Shown here: positions 46,334-55,445 of the stretch, piece after piece
Layout: every line of letters starts with the position of its first letter
How positions within the stretch are numbered: the first letter of the stretch is position 1
Origin: an uncultured Bacteroidota bacterium
GTDB lineage: Bacteria > Bacteroidota > Bacteroidia > Chitinophagales > Chitinophagaceae
Direction of reading: 5' to 3'
Assembly: GCA_903887005.1 (NCBI GenBank)
Contig: CAISOH010000208.1
Location: 5,252-69,251 of the forward strand
DNA: 64,000 bases
The notes under the pieces: generated by a model
What the model was told of the DNA's origin: nothing
Databases searched by the model: none
Seen by the model: only the letters and a program-made list of their open reading frames with translations
Made by a program: the position numbers and the translations under genes

Positions 46334-47581
46334 ATGAAGCTAAGATTGTTTATTATTCTCAGTATTATCGGGTTGGCTGAATATTACAGCTTCATAGTGG
46401 TGCGCTCTTCTGTTCGCAATTTACCTTCTGTTTGGCGCATTTCACTCACAACTGTTTACTTACTGTTCACTACTATAAGCTGGCTTGGGCTGATATTCTT
46501 CCGGCAAATCAACTGGGCTGAAATGCCCCACCTGTTACGCAATGTTTATATCTCCTTTGTACTGGGGTTTGTAGTCGGTAAGATACTGGTATTGCTGGTA
46601 ATGCTGGTGGACGATATACGCAGGCTGGTTACCTGGCTTATTGCGTCGCTGGTATATAGTAATTCAGCAAGTTCAGATGCGGTTGGTAATATAGACCGAT
46701 CTCTTTTCATGAAACGTACTGCATTGGTGCTTGGCGGCCTATCCTTAATGGGTTTCACTTACGGAATCCGCAACAGGTATAACTTCCGGGTGAGAAAAGT
46801 AAAGCTGAGTTTTTCTTCTTTGCCCGAAGCCTTCAAAGGATTGAGGATCGTACAAATATCGGACATACATACAGGAAGTTTTGATAACCACAGGGCAGTG
46901 GAACATGGCATTCAGAGAGCGCTCGATCAGAAGGCTGATATTATCTTTTTCACAGGTGACCTGGTTAATAATCATTCCATTGAAGTTGATGCGAAATACC
47001 AGGAAATTTATTCCCGGCTGAAAGCGCCTATGGGAGTGTATTCCACCTTGGGCAACCATGATTATGGCGACTATGTGCAATGGCCTTCACCTCAGGCTAA
47101 AATAGATAATCTCAATAATTTGAAAAGCATTCATGCCTCAATGGGTTGGCGGCTGTTAATGAATGAGCATGTAGTCCTCGAACGCGGCGCCGATAAGATA
47201 GCGCTGATAGGTATAGAGAATTGGAGCGCAAAAGCCAACTTCCCAAAATATGGAGATATGGGCAAGGCATACCGCGGGCTGAAAGAGAAAAATATTCCTT
47301 TCAAAATTCTGCTCTCTCACGACCCCTCTCACTGGCATGCACAGGTGATACCTGAATACAGTGATGTGCAGTTGACCCTTAGCGGGCATACGCACGGCAT
47401 GCAGTTTGGCGTGGACAGCAAGTGGTTTAAGTGGAGCCCGGTGCAATATATGTATAACGAATGGGCAGGGCTTTATACCGAAGGAAGCCAGCATCTTTAT
47501 GTAAACAGGGGCTTTGGTTTTCTGGGCTATCCCGGCAGGCTCGGCGTATTACCGGAGATAACGGTGTTTGAATTGGGTTAA
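46334..47581 (+). CDS. membrane-anchored metallophosphoesterase (YkuE-like)
   Basis: N-terminal TM helices, then calcineurin-like motifs ISDIHTG, GDLVNN, GNHDYG and SGHTHG. Confidence 0.85.
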   Translation: MKLRLFIILSIIGLAEYYSFIVVRSSVRNLPSVWRISLTTVYLLFTTISWLGLIFFRQINWAEMPHLLRNVYISFVLGFVVGKILVLLVMLVDDIRRLVTWLIASLVYSNSASSDAVGNIDRSLFMKRTALVLGGLSLMGFTYGIRNRYNFRVRKVKLSFSSLPEAFKGLRIVQISDIHTGSFDNHRAVEHGIQRALDQKADIIFFTGDLVNNHSIEVDAKYQEIYSRLKAPMGVYSTLGNHDYGDYVQWPSPQAKIDNLNNLKSIHASMGWRLLMNEHVVLERGADKIALIGIENWSAKANFPKYGDMGKAYRGLKEKNIPFKILLSHDPSHWHAQVIPEYSDVQLTLSGHTHGMQFGVDSKWFKWSPVQYMYNEWAGLYTEGSQHLYVNRGFGFLGYPGRLGVLPEITVFELG

Positions 47582-47606
47582 TGATTTTTTCACTAAATTT
47601 GCATAT

Positions 47607-47825
47607 ATGAAACAGCTAACTATTCATATTCCCGAAGGAAAATTTCATTTCGTGATGGAATTACTGCGCAGCCTTAGCTTTGTAAAAATAGATGCACCCG
47701 CAGAGAAATTCATTATTACAGAAGAGCAGAAAGCCCTTGTGGATGAGGAGTTTAGAAAATTGGAAGAAAACCCAAACTATGCGTTAGACTGGGATGAAGT
47801 AAAACATCAATTATTTGCTGATTGA
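47607..47825 (+). CDS. putative type II antitoxin (addiction-module component-like)
   Basis: 72 aa and acidic. The C-terminus TEEQKALVDEEFRKLEENPNYALDWDEVKHQL resembles addiction-module antitoxins. Its stop overlaps the start of the next gene (TGATG). Confidence 0.6.
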   Translation: MKQLTIHIPEGKFHFVMELLRSLSFVKIDAPAEKFIITEEQKALVDEEFRKLEENPNYALDWDEVKHQLFAD

Positions 47826-48106
47826 TGAAGTACATGTTAAAACTAATGCCAGCAGCCTATTCTGATATACGGAAGGGTTATGATTACTACAATAATCAGC
47901 AAAAAGGATTGGGCAAACGTTTCGAATCTGTTATTAAGGATACGCTTGCCAAAATTCAGAAAATGCCTTTCTCTGCTTCCATGGCTTATGGAGATACTCG
48001 CTATAAAGTGGTTGCTAAATTCCCTTACATCATACTGTATAGGATACAGGAGAATGTTATTTTTATTGCCCATGTTTTCAATACGTACCAGCAACCGGTT
48101 TATTAA
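47825..48106 (+). CDS. parE: RelE/ParE-family type II toxin (ParE-like)
   Basis: 93 aa. It shows the pattern A..DI....DYY...........F......L.KI...P......YGDTRY..V.KFPYIILYRI.EN.I.I..V. Confidence 0.7.
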   Translation: MKYMLKLMPAAYSDIRKGYDYYNNQQKGLGKRFESVIKDTLAKIQKMPFSASMAYGDTRYKVVAKFPYIILYRIQENVIFIAHVFNTYQQPVY

Positions 48107-48127
48107 CAATCGCCGACATTAATAAAT

Positions 48128-48709
48128 ATGGAAGAAAACGAAGAAATAACCTATTTTGAGAAAAAGTTTGAGAACATTTCTTATGAAGAAAGAAAATTCG
48201 TTGGCAGGTATTTTGATACCTGTACTTTCAGTAAATCGAATCTGAAAAGCTGTAGTTTTGAAAAATGCCGTTTCGTGAATTGTAAGTTTGAAGATTGTGA
48301 TCTGTCGCTCATAAAATTTAAGAATACCTCGTTTAACAATATTGAGATAATTAACTCTAAAGCCATTGGGGTAATGTGGTTTCATGCGGGCGATCCCTTC
48401 TCCATTAATTTTGCCAACTCCCGGATCAGCTACTCCAGTTTTTTTGGTAAAAACCTCAAGAAAGCGAAGTTCATAAATTGTAATGCCGATGAAGTGGACT
48501 TCAGTGAATGTAACCTCATGCAAGCCGACTTCAGCGAAACAGATTTAAGGAATGCCGTATTTTCAAATTCCGACCTTTCGCTTGCCAACTTCGTTAATGC
48601 GAAAAATTACATTATTGACATCCGCAACAATAAAGTGAAAAAAGCAAAATTCAGCTTGCCGGAAGCGCTTTCTTTGTTGTATGGGTTGGATGTGATTATT
48701 GAGGAGTAG
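48128..48709 (+). CDS. pentapeptide-repeat protein, Qnr/MfpA-like
   Basis: Continuous A(D/N)LXX-type pentapeptide register (CTFSKSNLKSCSFEKCRFVNCKFEDCDLSLIKF...) interrupted once. The C-terminus LPEALSLLYGLDVIIEE resembles the Qnr dimerisation tail. Confidence 0.8.
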   Translation: MEENEEITYFEKKFENISYEERKFVGRYFDTCTFSKSNLKSCSFEKCRFVNCKFEDCDLSLIKFKNTSFNNIEIINSKAIGVMWFHAGDPFSINFANSRISYSSFFGKNLKKAKFINCNADEVDFSECNLMQADFSETDLRNAVFSNSDLSLANFVNAKNYIIDIRNNKVKKAKFSLPEALSLLYGLDVIIEE

Positions 48710-48738
48710 AGCCGTTTACAGTTGGCAGTTCCGGCATT

Positions 48739-48962
48739 GGTTTCAGTCTCAGCGACAGCGTGACTGAAATCCAACATTAAAAACCAGGACTATGTCCGGC
48801 AAAATCCTTGATAAAGCAAAATAACATATCCAGATGTCCCACACCTTTTTCGGTGTGTGGGACATCTACGTAACATGAACGCACCACCGGTTTCAGTCTT
48901 AGCGACAGCATACCGATGGCTATCGGAAGAAATCCGGCAATAAAAACCAGGACTATTTCCGT
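48739..48962. repeat. two diverged copies of an intergenic element flanking a perfect hairpin
   Basis: Copy 1 (48739-48800) is ggtttcagtctcagcgacagcgtgactgaaatcc...aaaaaccaggactatgtccg. Copy 2 (48889-48962) is ggtttcagtcttagcgacagca...gaaatccggcaataaaaaccaggactatttccg, with an internal insertion. Confidence 0.7.
48833..48866. other. perfect 12-bp-stem hairpin (possible terminator or small RNA element)
   Basis: gatgtcccacac-ctttttcggt-gtgtgggacatc. Confidence 0.6.
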
Positions 48963-49119
48963 CGCATCTTAAAATCCGGTTTCCCCCTCGCTTCCGCTCT
49001 GTTTCTCCGCTCTGAAGTTTCTCTCCGCATTTTTTATTATTTCTTAAACTAATCGGGGCACGGTTTTTTTACCTTATCAGTGACAAATAATGTTCAAAAC
49101 AGCAAAAACAGAGATACTT

Positions 49120-49386
49120 ATGAAAAAGATTATGATAGCACTGGCACTAATAGGGATGTCCTATACCGGCGCAGAAGCACAAACGAAGAGTTCAGAAGCA
49201 AAAACAACCTGTAAATGCGCTTCAATAGCAAAAAAGGATAAGGCTAGTGGGTTTGCGCACGTTCACAAACACTCCGGTGGCACCACAAAATCCACCGACA
49301 CATACCAGGTGTGCCGCGAAAAGGGGGGGCATTACGATTGCTGCACGCATCATAAAACAGTAGTTACCAAGGTAGCTGCAAACTAG
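49120..49386 (+). CDS. small secreted basic Cys/His-rich protein
   Basis: Signal peptide MKKIMIALALIGMSYTGAEAQ. 88 aa. The YQVC motif is shared with the next ORF. Confidence 0.5.
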   Translation: MKKIMIALALIGMSYTGAEAQTKSSEAKTTCKCASIAKKDKASGFAHVHKHSGGTTKSTDTYQVCREKGGHYDCCTHHKTVVTKVAAN

Positions 49387-49422
49387 CCAAATGAAATTTT
49401 TTAACTAAAAAAAGAAAAGACT

Positions 49423-49905
49423 ATGAAACAAGTATTGATGACGCTGGTAATTGTCGCATTTGCGTTTGCCAGCGCAGAAGCACAGACAAACTGTAAGGTA
49501 GCCGCACCTAAGCACAGAACGGCGGTAAAACATAAAAGTGTAGTGCACAAACAAACTACTATAACGGTGACGGCATGCCGGATGGTCCCATACCAGGTGT
49601 GTACTATATTGCCCGGCAGAAGGTCTGTCAGTTGCTATAAGACCATTGACTCGGCCAACGAGACTCCAATGGGACCAGCAACCATTTATGGCCCCACGGG
49701 CCCAATGCCGGGCGAGGTTGTGCATTTTAAGGTACGGACCATTGTAATAAAAGGCCAAAGCAAGGGCAGTTACTGTAAAAGAGATGCAACCAACAAACAA
49801 ACTATCTGTTATCAGCCGGGTTATCTTATCAGGGATGAGGACGGCTACTATAGTTATGGCGAAGCTGTATCACAAAACGATGACGGTAGTGTGACGATAA
49901 AATAA
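49423..49905 (+). CDS. small secreted basic protein
   Basis: Signal peptide ending ASAEAQ. 160 aa with several Cys. Confidence 0.5.
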   Translation: MKQVLMTLVIVAFAFASAEAQTNCKVAAPKHRTAVKHKSVVHKQTTITVTACRMVPYQVCTILPGRRSVSCYKTIDSANETPMGPATIYGPTGPMPGEVVHFKVRTIVIKGQSKGSYCKRDATNKQTICYQPGYLIRDEDGYYSYGEAVSQNDDGSVTIK

Positions 49906-50087
49906 AGTAACAATGCACTATTTTGGACGAATCTCCATGCGGGGATTCGTCTTCTTTTGCTTAGTATCACTGCATAGCTCTACCATGGCGTGAGTATTGC
50001 AATTGGTAGCGACAAAATTCCGGCAAGAGCAAACGGCTGGAAGATATTAACTAAGGCACACGTGCCATAGTTAATTTTTGTGTACAA

Positions 50088-50363
50088 TTAAGTATTGATA
50101 GGCCAGTTGCCGTTGCAAGTGTATTTTGCCGGACCGTCCTCACTTATTACCACCAGGTAATTGTCCGCATTGGGATTTTGGGTGGCTTTAGAGTTATATG
50201 TTATGTTCATCCCCGCAGTGAAATTCCTTATTGCTGGTTCACTTTTCATAACAACTACCCATGTTCCTGTCGTTGGACCCGTTTGGGTAACTCTTACTTC
50301 TGTTACTGCTGCAATATTGTTCCCGTCAGCAGATTCGAATACGCATCCTCCTTGAAATGTCAT
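50088..50363 (-). CDS. hypothetical small protein
   Basis: 91-aa ORF with no signal peptide and no recognisable motif. Confidence 0.35.
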   Translation of the reverse strand: MTFQGGCVFESADGNNIAAVTEVRVTQTGPTTGTWVVVMKSEPAIRNFTAGMNITYNSKATQNPNADNYLVVISEDGPAKYTCNGNWPINT

Positions 50364-50623
50364 GGTGACTATTTTTTTGTGTTAAGCATTAAATGAATGT
50401 CAAAACTACTCACTCATTGCCTAAATTTGTACCGTTAAAAAACGGTATTTATTTTAATAATATGTTACTTGCAGTATCCCAATCTGCACATATTTAAAAC
50501 CTGACGTTGTCCAACGGTGCAAAAGCATGGATGGATTTTGATAAAAGAGGGACTTGGCGTCAATCACCGCACTATAGCTGGCTGCCCCGGTAACACCAAA
50601 ATCACAATCAAATACCACACGTT

Positions 50624-50992
50624 GTGCCTGATGTTAGCAAAGCGGAGCAGGAATTAAAAATATTAATAAAAGAGTATGAAAAGGGGCGAAATTTTACTAA
50701 AATAATTGATTCACATATTTATTTTTACAATAAAAATATTTACTTACCATCAACTGGAGATACCACCTGGATACCATATCAGGATGGAATAGGGATAAAC
50801 TATAGGTATGATGTTTTATTGTTGTTTCCATTAATAAATAAGGAATATAAAATAAGGGATATAAACGTTAAGAGCGACAGAATGGATACTCATCATTGTA
50901 CCAACGGTTATACATTATATCTGAATGATACATTTCATAATGTTCCAACATTTCCTGATACCCACACTTCCGAAATTACTATTTATAGATAA
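50624..50992 (+). CDS. hypothetical protein in a markedly AT-rich patch
   Basis: 122-aa ORF with a GTG start and Asn/Tyr/Ile/Lys-rich composition. Confidence 0.3.
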   Translation: MPDVSKAEQELKILIKEYEKGRNFTKIIDSHIYFYNKNIYLPSTGDTTWIPYQDGIGINYRYDVLLLFPLINKEYKIRDINVKSDRMDTHHCTNGYTLYLNDTFHNVPTFPDTHTSEITIYR

Positions 50993-51002
50993 ATCTGCTT
51001 AA

Positions 51003-51060
51003 GCTTTTCACTTTTAACTTTTGACTTAGCATAACGCTTTTGCCTTTTGCCTTAACTTCG
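51003..51060. repeat. 8-nt periodic repeat (CTTTTCAC/TTTTGACT/CTTTTGCC family)
   Basis: cttttcac ttttaact tttgactt agcataac gcttttgc cttttgcc ttaacttc, directly upstream of the ABC-F gene. Confidence 0.75.
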
Positions 51061-51067
51061 CAGCCTT

Positions 51068-53029
51068 ATGTTAATGTCATTACAAAATATTTCATTCTAT
51101 TTCGGGGCGCGGGCTATATTGGAAAACGCCAACTGGCAGATAGGTACAGGCGAGCGAATTGGCCTTGTTGGCAGCAATGGAGCAGGCAAATCCACATTAT
51201 TACGCTTAATGACAGGGGCTTATACCCTTGATAGTGGTGTTATAAACAAACCAAAAGATGTATCCCTGGGGTTTTTCAACCAGGATTTATTAAGTTTCTC
51301 TACCAACGATACTATTCTACGGGTGGGCATGATGGCTTTTGAAAAAGCACACGAGGTGGAAAAGGAAATGGACCGTATCATAAAAGAACTGGAACATAAA
51401 CCCGATGATGCAGACCTGCTGGATGATTACAGCCATGCACTCCATGATTTTGAAGTAGCGGGCGGTTATGAAATGGAACACAAAACGGCGGAAGTACTGG
51501 AAGGCCTTGGCTTTTCCACAGCCGATCTCTCCCGTCCATATGACGAGTTTAGCGGTGGATGGCGGATGCGGGTATTGCTCGCCAAAATGATGCTGCAACA
51601 GCCAGAGTTGCTGCTGCTCGACGAACCTACCAACCACTTGGATCTGCCATCCATAGAATGGCTGGAACGCTACCTTATCAGCTATCCCGGCAGCGTAGTT
51701 ATCGTATCGCACGACCGTTACTTCCTCGACCGCATGGTGACCAAAATAGTGGAAGTCTGGCAAAGGGACCTCGTACAATATAGTGGCAATTATACCTTCT
51801 TCCAGAAAGAAAAGGTGGAACGAATGGTACTACAGCAACGTGCTTTTGAAAACCAGCAGGATTATATCAAACAGCAGGAGCGGTTTATAGAGCGGTTCCG
51901 TGCAAAGGCTACCAAGGCTGCAGCTGCGCAAAGCGCCATAAAAAGATTAGATAAATTAGACGTAATAGAAGCGCCTGATTCGTCGGTACCGTTAATGAAC
52001 ATCAACTTTGATATCGCTGTTCAGCCGGGGAAGATAATTACTGAACTTAAAGGAATTACCAAACGCTACGGTGCTCTTACAATACTCGATAATGCCGATG
52101 CAGAGATATTGCGTGGTGATAAAATAGCACTGATAGGCGCTAATGGTAAAGGGAAGTCCACTTTGCTGCGTATAATCACAGGGCAGGAAACATTTGAAGG
52201 CGACCGTAAATGGGGCCATAATGTGGAAGAAAGCTTTTATGCACAGCACCAGCTTGAAGCTTTGACGATAGAGAATGAGGTACTGGAAGAATTAAAGATG
52301 TGCGGCAGCGGCAAGAACGAACTGGAGCTACGCCAGCTTCTTGGTTGCTTCCTGTTCAGCGGTGATGACGTATTTAAAAAGATAAAAGTACTGTCGGGCG
52401 GTGAAAAGGCAAGGGTGGCCCTGGCGAAGGTAATAGCTGCTAAAGGCAACTTCCTGCTGCTCGATGAGCCTACCAACCACTTAGATATGCAATCGGTGGA
52501 GATGCTGATAGATGCCCTCAATAAATACAAGGGTACGCTTATACTCGTATCGCACGACCGTTATTTCATCAGCAGGACGGCAAATAAAATATGGAACATT
52601 GAAGATGGTAAGATAAATGAATTTAACGGGCCCTACGATGAATGGGCGCAATGGCACGCTGATAAACTAAAACGTGAACAGGCAGCAAAAATACCTGCGG
52701 CAAAGGCAGCGCCTGCCCCTAAGAAAGAAGAAAAGCAATCTCCCAAGGCCAATATCAACAATGAGCAGCAAAACGCCTGGCGCAAGGAACTGCAGAAACA
52801 ACAGAAAATATTCCAGAGGCAGGAAGAAGACATCAATAAACTGAAGCAGGAAAAGCTGGACCTGGAAGCCAAATTAGGAGACCCCTCTTTCTATGCTTCC
52901 AACAAGGCGGAGTTCCTGAAAGTAGATGAAAAATACCGCCAGGTTTCCGCCCGTTATACCTCTCTTTCCGCTGAGTACGACAAGGTGTTTGAGGTGATAA
53001 TGGAGTTGGAGGAAAAATTGGCTACTTAA
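51068..53029 (+). CDS. ABC-F family ATPase (two ABC domains, no TM domain, C-terminal coiled coil)
   Basis: Walker A motifs GSNGAGKST and GANGKGKST. Signature motifs FSGGWRMRVLLA and LSGGEKARVALA. Lys/Glu-rich C-terminal tail. Confidence 0.92.
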   Translation: MLMSLQNISFYFGARAILENANWQIGTGERIGLVGSNGAGKSTLLRLMTGAYTLDSGVINKPKDVSLGFFNQDLLSFSTNDTILRVGMMAFEKAHEVEKEMDRIIKELEHKPDDADLLDDYSHALHDFEVAGGYEMEHKTAEVLEGLGFSTADLSRPYDEFSGGWRMRVLLAKMMLQQPELLLLDEPTNHLDLPSIEWLERYLISYPGSVVIVSHDRYFLDRMVTKIVEVWQRDLVQYSGNYTFFQKEKVERMVLQQRAFENQQDYIKQQERFIERFRAKATKAAAAQSAIKRLDKLDVIEAPDSSVPLMNINFDIAVQPGKIITELKGITKRYGALTILDNADAEILRGDKIALIGANGKGKSTLLRIITGQETFEGDRKWGHNVEESFYAQHQLEALTIENEVLEELKMCGSGKNELELRQLLGCFLFSGDDVFKKIKVLSGGEKARVALAKVIAAKGNFLLLDEPTNHLDMQSVEMLIDALNKYKGTLILVSHDRYFISRTANKIWNIEDGKINEFNGPYDEWAQWHADKLKREQAAKIPAAKAAPAPKKEEKQSPKANINNEQQNAWRKELQKQQKIFQRQEEDINKLKQEKLDLEAKLGDPSFYASNKAEFLKVDEKYRQVSARYTSLSAEYDKVFEVIMELEEKLAT

Positions 53030-53065
53030 TTGCTTAATTGCGCAATGGCTTAATGGCTCAATTCC
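53026..53065. repeat. 8-nt periodic repeat (TTAATTGC/TCAATGGC family)
   Basis: ttaattgc ttaattgc gcaatggc ttaatggc tcaattcc, overlapping the ABC-F stop codon. Confidence 0.8.
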
Positions 53066-53138
53066 TCCTGCAATATTGTTGGTAAAGAACGTCAATAATA
53101 GTGGGAGAAGCAAACTGTCAATTGTTAACTGCCCGCCG

Positions 53139-53354
53139 CTACCTGGCAAGCGCTGTAATGCAGGTATCCCAGCCATATTTTGATGCCATCATTTTGTTGG
53201 TAAAGTCAGGATTGCCGCAGTCGCTCTTATCCAACTCATAACTACTTCCGCCCTTGCCCGCAGAATAACATTGGCATATGCATGTAGAATGATAGCAGGA
53301 ACCAAGGCACAAAGCACCCGCACCCAGGGATAGCAATAATATCAACCGTTTCAT
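53139..53354 (-). CDS. small Cys-rich lipoprotein
   Basis: Lipobox-like LCLGSC. 71 aa with 8 Cys. Confidence 0.45.
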   Translation of the reverse strand: MKRLILLLSLGAGALCLGSCYHSTCICQCYSAGKGGSSYELDKSDCGNPDFTNKMMASKYGWDTCITALAR

Positions 53355-53414
53355 AAGAATATAATTTCATCAGTTATGCCGGACACTTTTAGCTTTTCAC
53401 TTTTTACTTTTAAC

Positions 53415-53924
53415 TTAATGCCCCACCAAAAACGTCCCTGACTTTAACACAGAATTAAATGTAAACGTAGCCACCCGCGCATTTTTAAAGTTCATGTAAT
53501 ACGTCTGGTCAAGTGATGTGGAATCATACGGGGCATTTTCCACCACGTAATCCTTGCCGTCCGTAACTTTCCCTATGCCCGTAGTAAAAGCCACGAATGC
53601 GAGTATGGGCGTCTTATCGTCCTTGTCTTTCTTTTTGTAAGTAGCGAAAAACGATAACGCACCCGATTTATTCTCCACCACATATTGCTGATCAGTACTC
53701 AAATCTATGTCCTTAGCCTTGTAATAAGAATACTCAGCATCCTTCTTTGAAAACTCACCCTTATAGCTTTTAAAACCATCTGGCATCGCCTCTATTGCTT
53801 TCAGCATCTCCCTGGCTATTTCCAGCGATTTTTTTACCTTCTCCGTATTACCCGTCATAGTACCCTGCCCATGTGCTAATACAGGCAGCAAAATTATTAT
53901 CAGCAATGTAACAATGTGCTTCAT
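53415..53924 (-). CDS. hypothetical secreted protein
   Basis: Signal peptide MKHIVTLLIIILLPVLAHG. The 25-codon 5' extension in the ORF track is a translation of the intergenic word repeats and is rejected. Confidence 0.55.
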   Translation of the reverse strand: MKHIVTLLIIILLPVLAHGQGTMTGNTEKVKKSLEIAREMLKAIEAMPDGFKSYKGEFSKKDAEYSYYKAKDIDLSTDQQYVVENKSGALSFFATYKKKDKDDKTPILAFVAFTTGIGKVTDGKDYVVENAPYDSTSLDQTYYMNFKNARVATFTFNSVLKSGTFLVGH

Positions 53925-53957
53925 TTTAGTTGGCAGTTTACAGTTTGCAGTTGTCCG

Positions 53958-54001
53958 AAAAAAGCAAGTTTGCAGTTTACACACAAATGTAAACTGCAAA
54001 C
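53958..54001 (-). terminator. rho-independent terminator downstream of sucC
   Basis: On the minus strand, gtttgcagtttaca-tttgtg-tgtaaactgcaaac (14-bp perfect stem) is followed by ttgctttttt. Confidence 0.75.
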
Positions 54002-54068
54002 CGATAATATTAAATTACATCCGGGAACAATCCCAATTCCTAATTACAAATTCCCAATTCCAATCAAA

Positions 54069-55289
54069 TTAATTCCCTGCCACCGCACGCTGCACCAGAT
54101 CCGCCGCTTCGCTCAGCAATATCGCGCTTTGCACCTTCAGGCCGCTTTCTTTCAATAGTTTCTGTGCAGCCTCGGCATTAGTACCCTGCAGTCGCACTAT
54201 GATTGGTATGTTGATATTACCCATCTTGGTATAAGCCTCGATAACGCCCGCCGCTACCCTGTCGCAACGCACGATACCTCCGAAGATGTTCACCAGTATT
54301 GCCTTTACATTCGGGTCCTTCATGATGATGCGGAAACCAGCCTCAACCGTCTGCGCATTAGCCGAACCACCCACGTCTAAGAAGTTAGCGGGTTCACCGC
54401 CTGCCAGCTTTATCATGTCCATGGTAGCCATAGCCAGACCAGCGCCGTTCACCATGCAACCTACATTACCATCCAGTTTCACATAGTTCAGATTGTACTC
54501 CCCTGCTTCTACTTCTGTTGGGTCTTCCTCGCTCTTGTCGCGCATGTCGGCAAGGTCGGGATGACGCATCAGTGCGTTATCGTCCAGGTTCATCTTGCAG
54601 TCCACGGCCAGCACCTTGTCATCCGCGCTTTTGAAAAGCGGGTTTATCTCCAGCATGGAGCAGTCGAGGCCCACATAAGCTTCATACAGATTGGTTACAA
54701 ACTTCACCATGTTCTTAAACGCCAGCCCGCTCAATCCAAGGTTGAAAGCTATCTTCCGCGCCTGGAAAGCCTGCAGTGGAGAGTTAGCATGTACCCATTC
54801 CTTGAATATAAGTTCCGGTGTATTATGTGCCACCGTTTCTATGTCCATACCGCCTTCGGTGCTGTACATGATCACATTTTGCTTCTTCGCACGGTCCAGC
54901 AATATGCTCAGGTAAAATTCCTTACGCTCACTCGGCCCGTCATAATACATATCCTGCGCTATCAGTATCTTGTTTACTTTCTTACCTGCAGGGCCGGTTT
55001 GAATAGTCACCAGCGTATGGCCCAGTATGTTCTTGGCCACGCGCTCCACATCTTCCGCGCTCTTCACCACCTGTACACCGCTCTGGTCCGGCACCTCTTT
55101 CATGCGCCCCTTACCGCGGCCACCCGCATGTATCTGCGCTTTTACCACGGCAAACTTAGTGCCGTTGCTTACTGACATTTGTTTATATGCGTTAACCGCA
55201 TCATCCACTTTATCCACTGCTATGCCTTCCTGGGTAGGTACATGATAGCGTTTCAAAAGTTCTTTGGCCTGGTATTCATGCAAGTTCAT
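54069..55289 (-). CDS. sucC: succinate--CoA ligase (ADP-forming) beta subunit
   Basis: MNLHEYQAKELLKRY N-terminus. ATP-grasp region KAQIHAGGRGKG. C-terminal ligase-CoA domain. The ATG at 55289 is preferred. Confidence 0.95.
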   Translation of the reverse strand: MNLHEYQAKELLKRYHVPTQEGIAVDKVDDAVNAYKQMSVSNGTKFAVVKAQIHAGGRGKGRMKEVPDQSGVQVVKSAEDVERVAKNILGHTLVTIQTGPAGKKVNKILIAQDMYYDGPSERKEFYLSILLDRAKKQNVIMYSTEGGMDIETVAHNTPELIFKEWVHANSPLQAFQARKIAFNLGLSGLAFKNMVKFVTNLYEAYVGLDCSMLEINPLFKSADDKVLAVDCKMNLDDNALMRHPDLADMRDKSEEDPTEVEAGEYNLNYVKLDGNVGCMVNGAGLAMATMDMIKLAGGEPANFLDVGGSANAQTVEAGFRIIMKDPNVKAILVNIFGGIVRCDRVAAGVIEAYTKMGNINIPIIVRLQGTNAEAAQKLLKESGLKVQSAILLSEAADLVQRAVAGN

Positions 55290-55328
55290 CTCTGAAAATT
55301 TTTTTTTGTGGGGCAAAGGTAATATTTA

Positions 55329-55445
55329 ATGTGGAAATGCGGGAATGTGAAAATGTGTAAATCTTAATGGCTCAATAGCTTAATGGCTCAATGGCTTAAT
55401 TAATGATTAGCTGATTTACCGGAATTTGTAATTGGAAATTTGTTT
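55329..55445. repeat. composite of 8-nt word repeats (GGAAATGT, CTTAATGG/CTCAATGG and GAATTTGT families)
   Basis: ggaaatgc gggaatgt gaaaatgt gtaaatct, then cttaatgg ctcaatag cttaatgg ctcaatgg cttaatta, then ggaatttgtaattggaaatttgt. Confidence 0.75.

Noticed and set aside
50437-50458. Hairpin taccgtt-aaaa-aacggta followed by a T-rich tract, considered as a terminator.
   Set aside because: No plus-strand gene ends nearby, since the closest ends more than 500 bp upstream. The hairpin lies upstream of the start of the minus-strand ORF 50088-50363, so a terminator role is unsupported.
54069-55289. sucC without an adjacent sucD, considered as an anomaly.
   Set aside because: To my knowledge, separation of sucC and sucD is common in Bacteroidota genomes, so this is not noteworthy on its own.
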